A stretch of DNA of 63,081 nt, filler included, from Globobulimina sp. (GCA_003354225.1; 18 parts of 18 records of this genome joined end to end with filler, not necessarily neighbours in it); one strand, 5' to 3'; numbered from the whole stretch's first letter, positions 48,100 through 60,821 are shown. The notes: generated by a model not told the origin, from the letters alone. Made by a program: numbers and translations.

Positions 48100-48202
48100 A
48101 TAATATAAAAATAATTTGTGCGAGGATATATTTTAAAACCTTTAGTAAGTTTACTACCTCGCTCAACATTTAAGAACTGTACATTACAAAACATTACACG
48201 CA

Positions 48203-49049
48203 TCACACGCTTTCTTCATTAGCATCATATCCAACTATTTTCAAATTATCATCATTTGGCGCATTCAATAACAATATATCCACAATATTATCATTGATAT
48301 ACCATTTTGCTTGGAATACTTCATCTCTTTGAACATCACAAGGAACACAGTGCATGATTTTATCAAGGTAATATTTTGAAATGTTTTGAACCCCATGGAA
48401 TGCGCCAATCATTGCACCAACAATACATCCATTGGTATCCGTATCGCCTCCTTCTTCGATTGTTTTTTTTAATGCAGTCTCAAAATCACTCCCTTTACAC
48501 AAATGATAAAAACTTCGTTGGAACGCAATCTTTAAAAAACCGATATGTTTTGTAGCACATTGCAATTTATTTAAACCCTCATAATCATTAATATTCTCAT
48601 TTTGTGCGGCTTCGACAGCTTCGTTGAACCATAAATGTATAGATCTTGAAAAATGTTCATACTGTTTATCCTCTTTAAATTCGTTCACTTTCTCCAGTAA
48701 CCATTCTTGACACATTTTGATCGCATTTTTATTTCTGTGAATATCATTTGGATTATTTAATAAATACTTAATAGCAATTCCATACACTCCATTCATATAA
48801 AAAACATATTGATTACAATGGGTTAGACTTGAATCTTGTGTTAAAATCTCAAATAAATTATCATTTGATAGCTTATATCCATACAATATCAACGGCATTG
48901 ATCTCATACATGATCCATTTGACACGTTTCCCAATCCATCGCGAGATGAATTAAATGCGACTGCATTGCCTTTCATTCGTGGAACATGTGTTGAATTAAT
49001 GTAACGTTTCATCAATGTAGGGAGTAACGTAAATTGTGTACAACTTCCT
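48203..49049 (-). CDS. ADP-ribosylglycohydrolase-family protein, 5'-partial
   Basis: SNGSCMR, SSLTH and GGDTDTNGCIVGAMIGA motifs. Confidence 0.92.
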
Positions 49050-49155
49050 NNNNNNNNNNNNNNNNNNNNNNNNNNNNNNNNNNNNNNNNNNNNTTAATTA
49101 ATTAANNNNNNNNNNNNNNNNNNNNNNNNNNNNNNNNNNNNNNNNNNNNTAAGTA

Positions 49156-50026
49156 ATGGCACACTTACTACAAACATCGAGCGCACAAAATGAAGGCGTC
49201 GAACAAAACGTATACATGCATGACGAACCTGACGAAGCATTACAACATTGGATTACAGAATATAAATTATCGAAAATAGCACCAAAATTGTGTGAAGAAA
49301 ATGTAACATTGGAATTTTTGTTGGATCAATCTCCTAAAGATGTGGAGGAGATAGCAACTGATGATTTGAAATTATCAGGACTTCAACGTAAAAAAATTAT
49401 ATACGCTGTGTCCAAACACAAAGCTAAAATAAATATGAAATTTGATGACAAAAAAAATGAAAATATTAACAAGAATGATGAACAGAAACAAGAAGCAATG
49501 AAAAAGCATGACGTTAAAAAGGCAGTATTTCAATTTACACATACTTACACTGCGCATATCGGAATCACTGAGAATGGCACACGAATTAAAACAAAGGGAA
49601 GTAATTGGGCTCCGTGTGTAGCTTCGAGTAATGTGGGATGGAATTCAGGCAAACATAAATGGTCAATCAAATGTAACGCTATTGATGGTGGACAATATTG
49701 TTATATACTCCATTGGTGTGGCCTCAAATTATTCCGATGCAACAAAACAGTACGCTGGTACCAGTGTTTCAGGGATGGGCAGCTCATTATGTTGGAACTT
49801 TTGTGTCGGAGTTTGGAGTGGAGGAAATGTAAAGTTATCAGGAAATGAAAAATGGGGCGCAAAAGATGTAATTACAACAATATTGGACTGTGATAATTGG
49901 AATGTTTGTTTTGAGAAAAATGGAAAGGAAATCGGTACATATCCACTTAAAGTTAAAAATATAATGTATTATCCTGTGATAGAAATGGCCGCAAAAAGTG
50001 GCACTGATTTCAAATTATTGCAATGA
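49156..50026 (+). pseudogene. SAM-like plus SPRY/B30.2 protein with a frameshift near 49705
   Basis: SAM-like LQHWITEYKL...LKLSGLQRKKI; SPRY GWNSGKHKWSIK, then in another frame YSIGV...DVITTILDCDNWNVCFEKNG...YYPVI; no room for an intron. Confidence 0.7.
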
Positions 50027-50139
50027 TTATATGGCTAATTTGAGTGTGTGTACTGTGTAATAATTGTATGTGTGATTTGTGGAGTTAATAAATAAAAGAA
50101 TTTTTGAAATCAAATACAAAATTTAGTAAAAAAACACTA

Positions 50140-50357
50140 CTTTCCCTGTAGATTGGTTACAAATTATTTGGTTTTAGAATCCGTACATTGATTCAGAAAA
50201 TTTAGTATTAGGAAAGTATTTATATTTAGACGGCTGGGGGTGGTGCGTAAGGGCGTGCTCTACGCAGGTATTTATATTTAGACGACTTAAGTTCAGAGTA
50301 CTTTTAAAAATCTGAAAAACTAAAACGTAATCCTTTCGAACCAATCTACAGGGAAAG
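50140..50357. mobile_element. MITE, Tc1/mariner type
   Basis: Perfect 19-bp TIRs CTTTCCCTGTAGATTGGTT and AACCAATCTACAGGGAAAG, TA on both sides, 218 bp, non-coding. Confidence 0.85.
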
Positions 50358-50372
50358 TATACAGATTACAGA

Positions 50373-51221
50373 ATGGCTGTCAAAGAGTGTATGTTATTAC
50401 TGTCGATTTTGTTAAGATTGGGTGTATCACCGGACCCAGCACCTGGTTGGTTAGCATATGCAAAAGGAGTGAATCCAGCGGGAAATACTGATCCAATTAC
50501 TTATTTTGAAGCATATTGGACCAATTTACGAAATCCCACGAATCCATCATCAAGTTGTTTCTATGCGCCTTGGTATGGAATTGAAACCACTGACAATTTA
50601 AATTTAATTCAACCAGTTAATGCATGGAATGATGCTGGAAGTAATCGATGGTGTTTAATGGTATATATTATACATGATTTTCTTTATATAATTCTGATGC
50701 ATTTCTGTATAAATATATATATACAGAATTATTATTATCAATGGTCTCCCCAGCATGTGACACAAGGCCGTAAAATGCATCCAGTACAAGCCGACTCTCT
50801 TTATGCTTCGGTGACATTCCATGCCGCATCGCAATCATATATGATGTATTCCGAGATACTAACTAATGGACATAAAGATGTTTCAAATCTTACCATTCCT
50901 GTACAAAAAGATCGCAATGGCAATTATAAGAAATATACCATTGTATATATTGTATTTGAGAAAGTGTGCCATACTTGTAGCATGTATCCGCCGGACAATA
51001 TTGTAACATATCATAATATGTCGGTGTTTTATGGAGGAAAGAAAGTGAGTCCAAGATGGACCACAGGCGTTGTTGATAAAGTGTGTAATATGGCTGCTCA
51101 TATTGTGGATGCATCGACAGTGACAATTACATGGAATTCAAAAAGTGATAAACATCCTATGAATGATCCGGATATTATTAAGAAATATGGTCCCGGATTA
51201 AATGCTACCCAACATTATTAA
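50373..51221 (+). CDS. Secreted beta-sandwich protein of unknown function; probable in-frame intron 50661-50726
   Basis: Signal peptide; FYAPWYGIETTDNLNLIQPVNAW; an AT-rich 66-bp GT-AG segment has no stop codon. Confidence 0.7.
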   Translation: MAVKECMLLLSILLRLGVSPDPAPGWLAYAKGVNPAGNTDPITYFEAYWTNLRNPTNPSSSCFYAPWYGIETTDNLNLIQPVNAWNDAGSNRWCLMVYIIHDFLYIILMHFCINIYIQNYYYQWSPQHVTQGRKMHPVQADSLYASVTFHAASQSYMMYSEILTNGHKDVSNLTIPVQKDRNGNYKKYTIVYIVFEKVCHTCSMYPPDNIVTYHNMSVFYGGKKVSPRWTTGVVDKVCNMAAHIVDASTVTITWNSKSDKHPMNDPDIIKKYGPGLNATQHY

Positions 51222-51401
51222 AACTATTATTATGTACTATAAGTATACACAGTGAGTGCTATAGCTCTATTATAAATTACTTATCCTTGCACTAAATAAC
51301 AACCATAAGTCTACGGTATACAGTACCATCTCAGCAAGGAACGAAAAATTAAAAAACGTTTTTAACGCAAGAAACTATAATCAAACATTCATTCACATTC
51401 G

Positions 51402-51962
51402 TCATATGTTACTTGTGTGCTTAGCATTGCCATCATTATTACTCTTTGGAGGTGGCGGTGGTGGCGGTGTAGGTGGTGTAGGTGTAGGAGCATTGGGGCG
51501 GTACATTGATTTGGGCGATTTAACCGGCGGTGCATTAATAGTTTTTGTACTCATTGGTTTTGGTATATTTTCAATAATATGTTTTGATTTCTGTTTACGC
51601 GATGAATAAATCATACTTTGAACCGCCGGATCCAATTTATTCGTATCAAGTGTTAACTTCCTAACATTTACACTCCGCACAACAATATCATTGATATGGA
51701 TTCTATTCGGTATAACACTCGAATTTGGGTCTCCAATATGCCGAATTTGTTTGGGATGAAATAATTGATGCATATGGCGGAAATTTAACATTGTATGCAT
51801 ACCAACTCCTAACGGATGCTCATTATCGTCCTCTTTTTTATCTGTTGGCCGGCAATAACCGTACGACGCCTCTTCGCCATAATTTGTTTTATTCCAAACC
51901 CATGGCTGCACGCTGTATATTCGTATTGTAGCTGCACAAATTACACAACGCAAAATCGGCAA
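51402..51962 (-). CDS. Possible proline-rich protein, start uncertain
   Basis: Open frame with a C-terminal polyproline tract; the track start is TTG. Confidence 0.4.
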   Translation of the reverse strand: MPILRCVICAATIRIYSVQPWVWNKTNYGEEASYGYCRPTDKKEDDNEHPLGVGMHTMLNFRHMHQLFHPKQIRHIGDPNSSVIPNRIHINDIVVRSVNVRKLTLDTNKLDPAVQSMIYSSRKQKSKHIIENIPKPMSTKTINAPPVKSPKSMYRPNAPTPTPPTPPPPPPPKSNNDGNAKHTSNI

Positions 51963-51994
51963 AAAATAATTTTATTTAATTTTCTAGCTTCGTC

Positions 51995-52557
51995 ATGCGT
52001 TTCGGTCAGTATTTGCTGGACCATTCAATCCCAGCATGGTCGTCACAGTATGTGGATTATAATAAATTAAAAGCTGTGTTAAGACAATTCAAACAATGCG
52101 CACTGTCTGCATCTCCCAGACATGCCATGTCGGTCGAGATTAAAACAAATAATGCACGCAATGCATCGACAGGGACGCTCTCTGTATTTCGACCGATATC
52201 GATTGCTGATGACACACAAAAACAAACCTATTTGAGTTCACTCAGCGGTGAAATGATAAAAGCTGAACAAAACGCAACCAACTTAGTGACCGGTAATGTT
52301 ACGTTTGATTTTGCTGATTTACTGACGGTGATTCAGAGTAACATAGAAACGCATGTCACAGATCACAATGCACAACAACAGATATTCAAGATAGAAAAGA
52401 CATTTTTAACTGAATTGCAAAAGGAAATGAATAAAGTGAGTTTATTTTATTATCAGCAGTCACTTTATTTTGCAAAACAAGCGGAAACGTTACTGGAACG
52501 ATTGCGGAACATGGTACAGTTGGAAACGCATAGGAACGCAATGCAGAAATCGCATTC
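51995..52557 (+). CDS. SPX-domain protein, 3'-truncated
   Basis: MRFGQYL...PAWSSQYVDYNKLK and FLTELQKEMNKVSLFY motifs. Confidence 0.9.
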
Positions 52558-53030
52558 NNNNNNNNNNNNNNNNNNNNNNNNNNNNNNNNNNNNNNNNNNN
52601 NTTAATTAATTAANNNNNNNNNNNNNNNNNNNNNNNNNNNNNNNNNNNNNNNNNNNNAGAGAGTTGGTCGTGCTGTGGGTGAACTTGCTTGAGCAAGATG
52701 GATGGTAAGGTAGTTTGGATGGATCTTTGTGGCTTCTGACTGTGAGGGGTGCCCGTAGGTTCTGGTTGGGGTTCAGCTAAGCCATATGAGGACATGTGTG
52801 TAGGCATGCAGGTGTCCTTAGTTCTGCCTGCCTTGTATGAGGGGTGAAGCCTGGATCTTAGTGCAGACTTCCATTGCCTGTACTGTATCCTTCTCTCTCT
52901 TCTGTGCATGATTCTGTGGGCAGCTCTCCTCTCATTGGCATCCCTGGATCTTTTGGATCTGTGGATCTGAGAAAGAGTCTTCTGTGTGCCTGTGGAATCA
53001 TGCTGTGTGGAGGAAGGAGATGGAGAGACA

Positions 53031-53992
53031 ATGAATGTTGTAGCGTTAACGTATTTTGTTGTCTTCCTTGTCTGTTATGTACAAAGCGGCACACCAACTG
53101 TTGATTTACTTGATTTAACGTTATTAACCAAAGTCGCATTTTTTGATTTTGACAAGACGTTAACGATCGCGCCGTCATATGGTGGAACAATTCGAGATAA
53201 GTGTTTGGCCACAGGCAGTGCGTGTGATCAACTCGGTGATATGGTGGATGTATTCGATAGCATCATCATCAATAATCACACCGATAATGTGACCGATGCT
53301 TTTGGCGGTGTACCAAGGATTGATCGATTGATGTTAAGTTTTGAGCGTTTATTATCCGCTGAGAGTACAATTGATAGTATTTATTGCATTTCCACTTCGT
53401 GGCAGCCTATAATTGCGGAGGAATGGGGCGATTGGATATATGCAACATTTCTTGTAATTGGATTAGATGTTTGGTTTGATCGAGATCATATATTACCACT
53501 TTATGACCCGGGCCCAGGTATCCAGGCAGATAAAGGTGCAGTAATTAGAGAGAAATTAATTGAGTTAGGTTTAGATGAAGGGCCCTCACAATGTATATTT
53601 GCTGAGGATAGCATTGTGGATGTTGTGCTTTCAGAGGGTATTTGTGATACAGTATTTATTCAGGAAAGGAATGGCGTGGATGAGAGTGATTTAAATTATA
53701 TGGAGGCCAGTTAAGTATTTATGCGAATTTACGGGGTTTTATACCATAACATATTTTATATTTATATTTAGGAGGACTGCTTTTCCCACAGATATATCCT
53801 CCTCCTAATCCTAGTACTACCGCTGATCAATCAACTACAGCTGATCAAGCAACTACAGCTGATCAGGCAACTACATCTGATCAGGCAACTACAACTACAG
53901 CGGATCCCGATCCACTGCCCGGCATTGCCAATATCCATGTTCCATCCTATTTTATCCTTTTTTTAATTTTTTATTTGATGGCATTGTTTTAA
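53031..53992 (+). CDS. Secreted, probably GPI-anchored HAD-superfamily hydrolase; intron 53710-53771
   Basis: Signal peptide; HAD motif I FFDFDKTL; FAEDS; exon 2 encodes TTADQ repeats and a hydrophobic C-terminus. Confidence 0.75.
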
Positions 53993-54610
53993 CTTCAGTG
54001 ACCAGTGTCATTCCTAAAAACTTGTCCGCCACGTCGCCTAAACACAGTCTAGTCATTGCCTGTTATTTGGATAATAATTATGCCACATGGTCTTCATGTG
54101 ATGGACAATCATATTTTGGGATTTTGGACATAATGATAGTATCATAGGACGGATTTCCACACAAGAAACAGAAACTGTGCAATATTTACGAGATAAATGA
54201 ATAATGTGGACTGAAAATGAAACGAATAGATAATGGCACATATAAAGTGGAGTAAATGGTAATATTTTTTCTGATGAAAAAATCCAGTGATATATGTCTT
54301 GTAAGTAATTTTATTTTGTATAGCAGCAATTTTTATCCATTTTAATCGGTTAGAAACACTTCGTTTTAGAAATTCGCACATTCGCAAGTCATCAGATCAC
54401 ATTCGAAATTCGCACATGTTGGAGCTTGGTGAAGAGATCACGTCCTATTCAAATTTCTAAAGTACATCTCCAGTGTTGTTTTAATATTTTGATTATTTAG
54501 TAATCTCAATCACTATATTAATTTGGAAATATTGTAGTGTTTTTTAATTTATTTGCAAGAATATATGTCAAGTCATCCATTTATTTATATACAGTAAATC
54601 GAATTGTTGG

Positions 54611-55963
54611 TCAACTTGTACCGTCAGAGTCATCCTTAATTGTACTGTAACTGAAAACACTTCGATATGGATTCTTTTCACCATAACCAATTGCAATTAA
54701 TCCCATCAACAGTATCCCACAAAGATAGGCCGCAACATACATCATTCCATATGTATCATCCAATAATTGTAAACTCGTACAAACATCAAATGATGTACTC
54801 ACAAAAATAGCAACACTTAAATTATAACAAAATGCAAATATCGTTGATCTGACTCTTGCATCACCACAATACTGCGCACACCAAGAAATAATAGGAATCA
54901 TATATATTGCTGGTCCAAATACACTAAGAATTTGTAATACACTCAATGCTATCAAATTGTTTGTAAAACCCATGCAGGAAAATGTAATAAATACTATTAA
55001 AAAACCAATGATTCCTCCAATCATTATAACTCTATAAAGAGCAAAATAGCGATCGCAAATATAACACGTTACGAGCATAATTATAAAGAATATGATATAA
55101 TTCGCTATAGTAATATTATAGGCATAAGTATCATGTTTGATGTCCAATAAATATGCGGGTAACCAGGTTAAGGACATACTCCACATCATTGACGTGGTTG
55201 CAATGGCCAATGTAATTACAACCATTTCTTTCAAATTATTTTTAAATGCATAGGTTATGGGATTTTGTAATATTGAATCATTTGATTTCATTCTTTCAAA
55301 TTGTTGAGTGTACGGCAATGCATATCGCGCATAAATGGCCGCCAAACCTATTAATAATCCCAACAAGAAAGGAATACGAAATCCAAATGAATGTAAAAAT
55401 GATTGGCTGCACACATTTGACAAAAATATATGAAATAGCAATGCTAAAAATTCACCAGTTCCAAGTACCCATAATATTGCAAAATAAAATGTTTTTGAAT
55501 GCATTGGTGCTTCTTCCAATACATAAATGAAACAAATCGAGCCTTCACCACCAGCAGCAATGCCTTGCACGGCTCGAAATATAAATATTAAAATAGTGGA
55601 AACTATACCAATTGATGAATATGAAGGAGTGCATCCAATCAAAAATGTAGGAAAAGCAATCAAAATAATTGATGTGCGGAGAGCAGTAATCCGACCATAT
55701 TTATCCCCAATATAACCAAATATTAATCCACCAAATGGCATCATTAAAAATGCAATTCCATACAAACTGAAAGCTTGCAATAAAGTGACATTTTCATTGT
55801 CATTTGGAGGGAAGAATGCGTCAGATATTTCTTGATGGAAATACCCAACGAGTCCAAAATCATAATACTCCAAAAATGTACCAATTCCAGTGCATATTAA
55901 CACTTTCATCGCTCGCTTGTAATCCCATTCTTCTTCTTCGTGTGTACGTGTCGACAGTGCCAT
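54611..55963 (-). CDS. MFS transporter, MHS (ProP-like) family
   Basis: GTFLEYYDF, FGYIGDKYGR, RAVQGIAAGGE and FRIPFLLG motifs; about 12 TM helices; intronless. Confidence 0.92.
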   Translation of the reverse strand: MALSTRTHEEEEWDYKRAMKVLICTGIGTFLEYYDFGLVGYFHQEISDAFFPPNDNENVTLLQAFSLYGIAFLMMPFGGLIFGYIGDKYGRITALRTSIILIAFPTFLIGCTPSYSSIGIVSTILIFIFRAVQGIAAGGEGSICFIYVLEEAPMHSKTFYFAILWVLGTGEFLALLFHIFLSNVCSQSFLHSFGFRIPFLLGLLIGLAAIYARYALPYTQQFERMKSNDSILQNPITYAFKNNLKEMVVITLAIATTSMMWSMSLTWLPAYLLDIKHDTYAYNITIANYIIFFIIMLVTCYICDRYFALYRVIMIGGIIGFLIVFITFSCMGFTNNLIALSVLQILSVFGPAIYMIPIISWCAQYCGDARVRSTIFAFCYNLSVAIFVSTSFDVCTSLQLLDDTYGMMYVAAYLCGILLMGLIAIGYGEKNPYRSVFSYSTIKDDSDGTS

Positions 55964-56675
55964 TATAAGCTAAGCATTTTCCAGTACGTGTGCAAGGAGA
56001 AAGATTATTTTTTTTTCTGTTTCAAGGAACAATTGAAACGACAATTAAATTAAATTAAGAAAAATNNNNNNNNNNNNNNNNNNNNNNNNNNNNNNNNNNN
56101 NNNNNNNNNTTAATTAATTAANNNNNNNNNNNNNNNNNNNNNNNNNNNNNNNNNNNNNNNNNNNNGTAATGTTACTGTCAATGGAATAAAATGTACAAAA
56201 TCAGTGACAACTAAAGGGATTTTAAAAACGCATTGGAAATCAACGCATTTTATTGGCATTGAATAATGATTACAAATTCCCACCTAACCGTTATATTTAT
56301 TATTTTTTTTAAAAAATCGAATATATCCGGTCTATAATCAAAAACCAATTCGTCAGTTAATTGATGTGATCCACATGTTCCAACAAGAAGGGTTGCGAAT
56401 TTGCTCATTTTCAAAGTAATTTGCTTTCAAATAGCATATAATATAAGTAAACACCATAAAATATACAGACATAAATTATAACAACACAAACAATTGGAAT
56501 CATGTAAAAATCAAATGATTCCTATACATGTAAAAATCATGTATAAATATATGGAGAGAAAATTAAAAAAAAGGAGAGAGAGATAAAAAATACGAGATAG
56601 CAAATGCAAGAAAGATAAAAAATACACAAACAATTAAATATGTACATCAAGAAAACTATTTGTACGTAATATTAA

Positions 56676-58892
56676 TTATTTATGAATAGCATTAACTTTT
56701 TGAAATTGTCGTAATTGCTGTATAGAATTCCAACTTTTCCTTGAATAAAATCCATGTCCAACCATTAAATCCATCACATTCTGAGCAACATCAATATTGA
56801 ATAAATCATCACTTCTCGATTTGCAGCTATTTAAATGACAATGTTTATTTGCTGTGTTTTTATTTTTAAATGCGTGCGCGTATGGCGATGGCGTCGAGCT
56901 TTGATTCTTGAGCACTAACACTTCGATATCAGTTTGGTTGGTTACTGCCGGTGTTACCATGATTCGCGGATTCGATATGCTCCGTTTTCTATGCAAACGC
57001 ATTTGTCTTTTATGCTTCTGATACTTGTCACTATTCAACACTTTCTCCGATGATGATACTTTTATAGTCATTTCAAGCGCTTCTATGCCATCTAAACCTT
57101 CCTCACTGTCATTGTCATCGACGTCAAGATAAAGATCAACGGGCGAATTGCCAGCAGTATGAACACCAAATTGAACGTCTTTCTTTTGTAATTTAAAATC
57201 ATCCCCAAAATCACCAAAATCTACAGAATATGAATTAAAATGACATTTGTCCACAATTTCTAGATCCTCGTCATACATATCATCCATATATGCAATATCC
57301 CCATCATCGATATCCATCTTGTTCTCTTCAGCAATGCTGCTCATAATATTCATATTTGGTGCCAGTGCCGGTATATTTATCTTTGAAATTCCCAACAACG
57401 AAAACGCTTTACTTGGTTTCGAGTCTGGATTACTGTCATTGTCATTGTCATTTGGTTCATCCTCTTCCTCTTCGTCTTGTTCTTGTTGGCTTATATCCAT
57501 TGATAACTCAACTGATTTATTATCATCTGCACAATTATAACGATGCGCATATTTAATTTCATTTTTTGATGCCATCGGGGTAACGCTTGGTGTTATTGGT
57601 GTGCCCGGACAGCCCGGTGTTGGTGCTTGGATTTCAACATCTGAATGGATTATAATATTAAGATTTTGTTCATGTTTTTTCTTTTTTGCTGAAGAGAGAG
57701 AATCACGTTTAAAATTCATATCAAATTGAAATTTTTTAATTTGACAATGTCGAATACATTGATAGAATGTAAATGCGGTCCCACATAAAATCTGTCTATT
57801 TCGTACGAAATTGAGGGTAAAACAAATACAGGACACAGACCATGCTAAAGGTAGATAATATAAGATGTGAATATCAGTGATGACGGTAAACATTGCAATG
57901 CAAATTGTTGATATAATGCAGGAAAACACAGATATATTCCGCATGAGCCGTACAGTGGCCATCATATCGTCAGCTACGTCTTGTAATATGTTGCTGTGTT
58001 TGTATTGTTCAACAAATATAGCATGGAATGCATAGCTACAATACATATTATATGCAAAATAGATACAGGTAACCAGTGGAAATAATAAATAATAAAAATG
58101 AATTTGAATGATAAATATTGCAGTAAATATAAAAAAATAAATGCTAAAACATTTAATGATATGGAATGTCGTGGCAGAATGCATATATTTCGCAGAATAT
58201 CTGATGCTAAAATATCTATAAAAATTAAAAAAAGACTCCAGTGATGATATCATTACAAGACAATAAATAATAATCCAATGCATTACAGATAATTGAGCTG
58301 AATATGTTGAATACGATGATAAATTATGATAGGAATAAGTTATATTATTTATAACGTTCTCAAATTGCACATTTATAAATAAACTATTATCGAAATTGAA
58401 ATCATTTTCAATGAAAATATATTCAAATGTTATTACAAACGATACAATTAATAAAAATAAGACATATAATAGAAAGGCAAAGGGATAAAAGCCAAATTCG
58501 GCATCGTCAATTTCAACTAAACAGCAACGCCATCTTGTTTTCTATAAGTATATATTTCGGGGATTAATTATAATATCATAAATATTTTAATATGAAAATG
58601 GTGTAAATTTGCGCACATACAAATGAACACCAATGGGCAAATCAAATATGCGCAAAAGTGTACATACAGTATGTATTTTTCTGAGTGATTGAATGTGCGC
58701 AGAAAAACGCACTATGCTCATTGACCTCATTGTCCGTCGTGCCTGCGAATGTAATTTCATTTGTGAATTTGATCCATTGTCAATGAATGATCTGCCTCTG
58801 GAATAACATTTCCTAAGGCGAAAATGTTTAACATAATGTAACGTTAAACAGAGTAATATTACTATCAATGCACTCACCAACAACCAAAACAT
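56676..58892 (-). CDS. Multi-TM (GPCR-like) protein with a long acidic tail; intron 58542-58667
   Basis: A 126-bp GT-AG intron joins the 58892 exon in frame to the 564-aa ORF; about 7 hydrophobic segments. Confidence 0.68.
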
Positions 58893-58925
58893 GGTTCAGA
58901 TTTAGACTTTAGTGTAAGATGAAAA

Positions 58926-59573
58926 ATGAAAACTGTTTTCCGATCTCCGCCACTCCGTCTTTCATGTCTCAACATTACACTGTATACAAACGCATTACCA
59001 TTACACTGTATTCATAGGAGATCATTTGCTCATAAAGACACACTTAAAAAACTTAAGAGAAACTTAGGCTTAGTTAAAAGGAAGAATTTCGGCCCAAAGC
59101 GAGGTGCCAAAGGAAGAGCCCCAGGCTGGCTTGAACAGGTACTATGTGTTTTTGTCGTATTATAAATTTCTATAAATTTCTATGATAATTATTCAACATA
59201 AAGTCCGATTTGATAGGGCCACGAGTTGCGATTATCGGCCGAACCAATGTCGGAAAATCAACATTATTTAACCGATTGGCAGGTAAACCCATTGCCATCG
59301 CAGATAATACCGCCGGAGTTACGAGAGATCGCAAAGAAGCGCAGGGAAAGTTAGTAGACCTACAATTTATAATGGTCGATTGTCCAGGAATTGAAGAGTT
59401 GCCTTCCAGTGATTTAAAACGACGCAAAATTGATTTAGATTCGCGGGAACAAGTCATGCGAGGCATGATTGAACAGAGCCAATATGCCATACAATATGCA
59501 GACGTTATATTGTTTCTGTATGACGCAAAAGTAGGTATAAACGAAGAGGACCGATATATCGCCAAATGGTTGC
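58926..59573 (+). CDS. der: Der/EngA GTPase with an organellar presequence, 3'-truncated; intron 59139-59203
   Basis: VAIIGRTNVGKSTLFNRL, GVTRDR and DCPG motifs; basic N-terminal extension. Confidence 0.88.
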
Positions 59574-59780
59574 NNNNNNNNNNNNNNNNNNNNNNNNNNN
59601 NNNNNNNNNNNNNNNNNTTAATTAATTAANNNNNNNNNNNNNNNNNNNNNNNNNNNNNNNNNNNNNNNNNNNNAGCAAATTCCTTAGAAGACGTAAAAGC
59701 ATTTATTGACAAATTAGCAGAAGAAGTCAAAAATGGACAAATTGAGCCAATTTATCATAATGCAAAATATTACTGTATGA

Positions 59781-60821
59781 TTTTTAGTCCATATCGACGA
59801 TTTTGTCTTAGCAACAAAAACAAAACAGCAATGCACAAAATTAGAATCAATTTTTGATCAATTATTAGGAGAGCTAAATGTAAAAATATCACATCATAAA
59901 TCAGTACATTGTTGCCAAGAGGCAGTATTATACGGTTTATCATGGAATTTAAGATCAAAATTAATATCAATACCTGACAAAGCGTACAATGAACTAAAAA
60001 GGTTCATTGATTTAGTAATCAGATACCGAATAGTTTCAGGCGCAGAGCTCGAGTCTTTAACAGGAAAAATAATGCATTGGTCGCAATTAAATAAGTCCTC
60101 GAAATCATTAGTATTTAATTCGATATATTATATCCATAAAAATCTTAGAAACGGCAATCTCAAAAAATCAGATTATATCATATTGCCATTATCAATCATT
60201 AACGATTTAAAATTCTGGCTTAAATATGCTGACTGTATACGATGTGTACCAATGTCACATATTATAAATTCACCAAATATTAACATTTACGCTGCAACAG
60301 ATGCCTGTAACGATGGTGCTGGTTTTGTTGTAAATAATGTATTTGCAAGATATAAATTTATAAATAATGATAAAAATTGGCATATTAATTTAAAAGAAGC
60401 ACACTGTGTACTTTCATTAATTGAAACATATAAAAAGGACTTGAATGGCAGAGCATTATTATTATATATTGATAATTCATCATGTTTTTATGCGATGGCA
60501 AGGAAATGGTCATCAAAATATTCATTAATGATGTTTGTGTATGAATTGTGTATAAAATTAATGAAATATAAAATATATTGCAAATTTGAATGGGTACCAT
60601 CAGCATTCAACTCTTTACCGGATGCTTTATCACGTTTTGATGATTTAAAATTCAATCAAATTGAACCGATATATTTTAATGATTTTACATTTGATTTTAA
60701 TCAAAATAAATTCTATGGAAATGATATGATCGAATATAAAAAATTCATAAATTGGCTCAATTTACCTCCAAATGTAAGAGAACATTGTAATTATCCTTTT
60801 TATGGCGACTATAATATGTAA
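59781..60821 (+). CDS. C-terminal RT plus RNase H of the YR retroelement (no start codon; internally deleted)
   Basis: Open frame LVHIDDF...LESLTGKIMHW...ATDAC...HINLKEA...IDNSS...WVPSAFNSLPDALSR. Confidence 0.88.
   Translation, partial: FLVHIDDFVLATKTKQQCTKLESIFDQLLGELNVKISHHKSVHCCQEAVLYGLSWNLRSKLISIPDKAYNELKRFIDLVIRYRIVSGAELESLTGKIMHWSQLNKSSKSLVFNSIYYIHKNLRNGNLKKSDYIILPLSIINDLKFWLKYADCIRCVPMSHIINSPNINIYAATDACNDGAGFVVNNVFARYKFINNDKNWHINLKEAHCVLSLIETYKKDLNGRALLLYIDNSSCFYAMARKWSSKYSLMMFVYELCIKLMKYKIYCKFEWVPSAFNSLPDALSRFDDLKFNQIEPIYFNDFTFDFNQNKFYGNDMIEYKKFINWLNLPPNVREHCNYPFYGDYNM

Noticed and set aside
58926-59573. Bacterial origin of the der/engA contig
   Set aside because: The gene has a spliceosomal-type intron and an N-terminal presequence, so it is a nuclear gene for an organellar protein.
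3416-59673. Regularly spaced TTAATTAATTAA palindromes within N runs
   Set aside because: Artificial six-frame-stop linkers; any gene clustering across them is meaningless.
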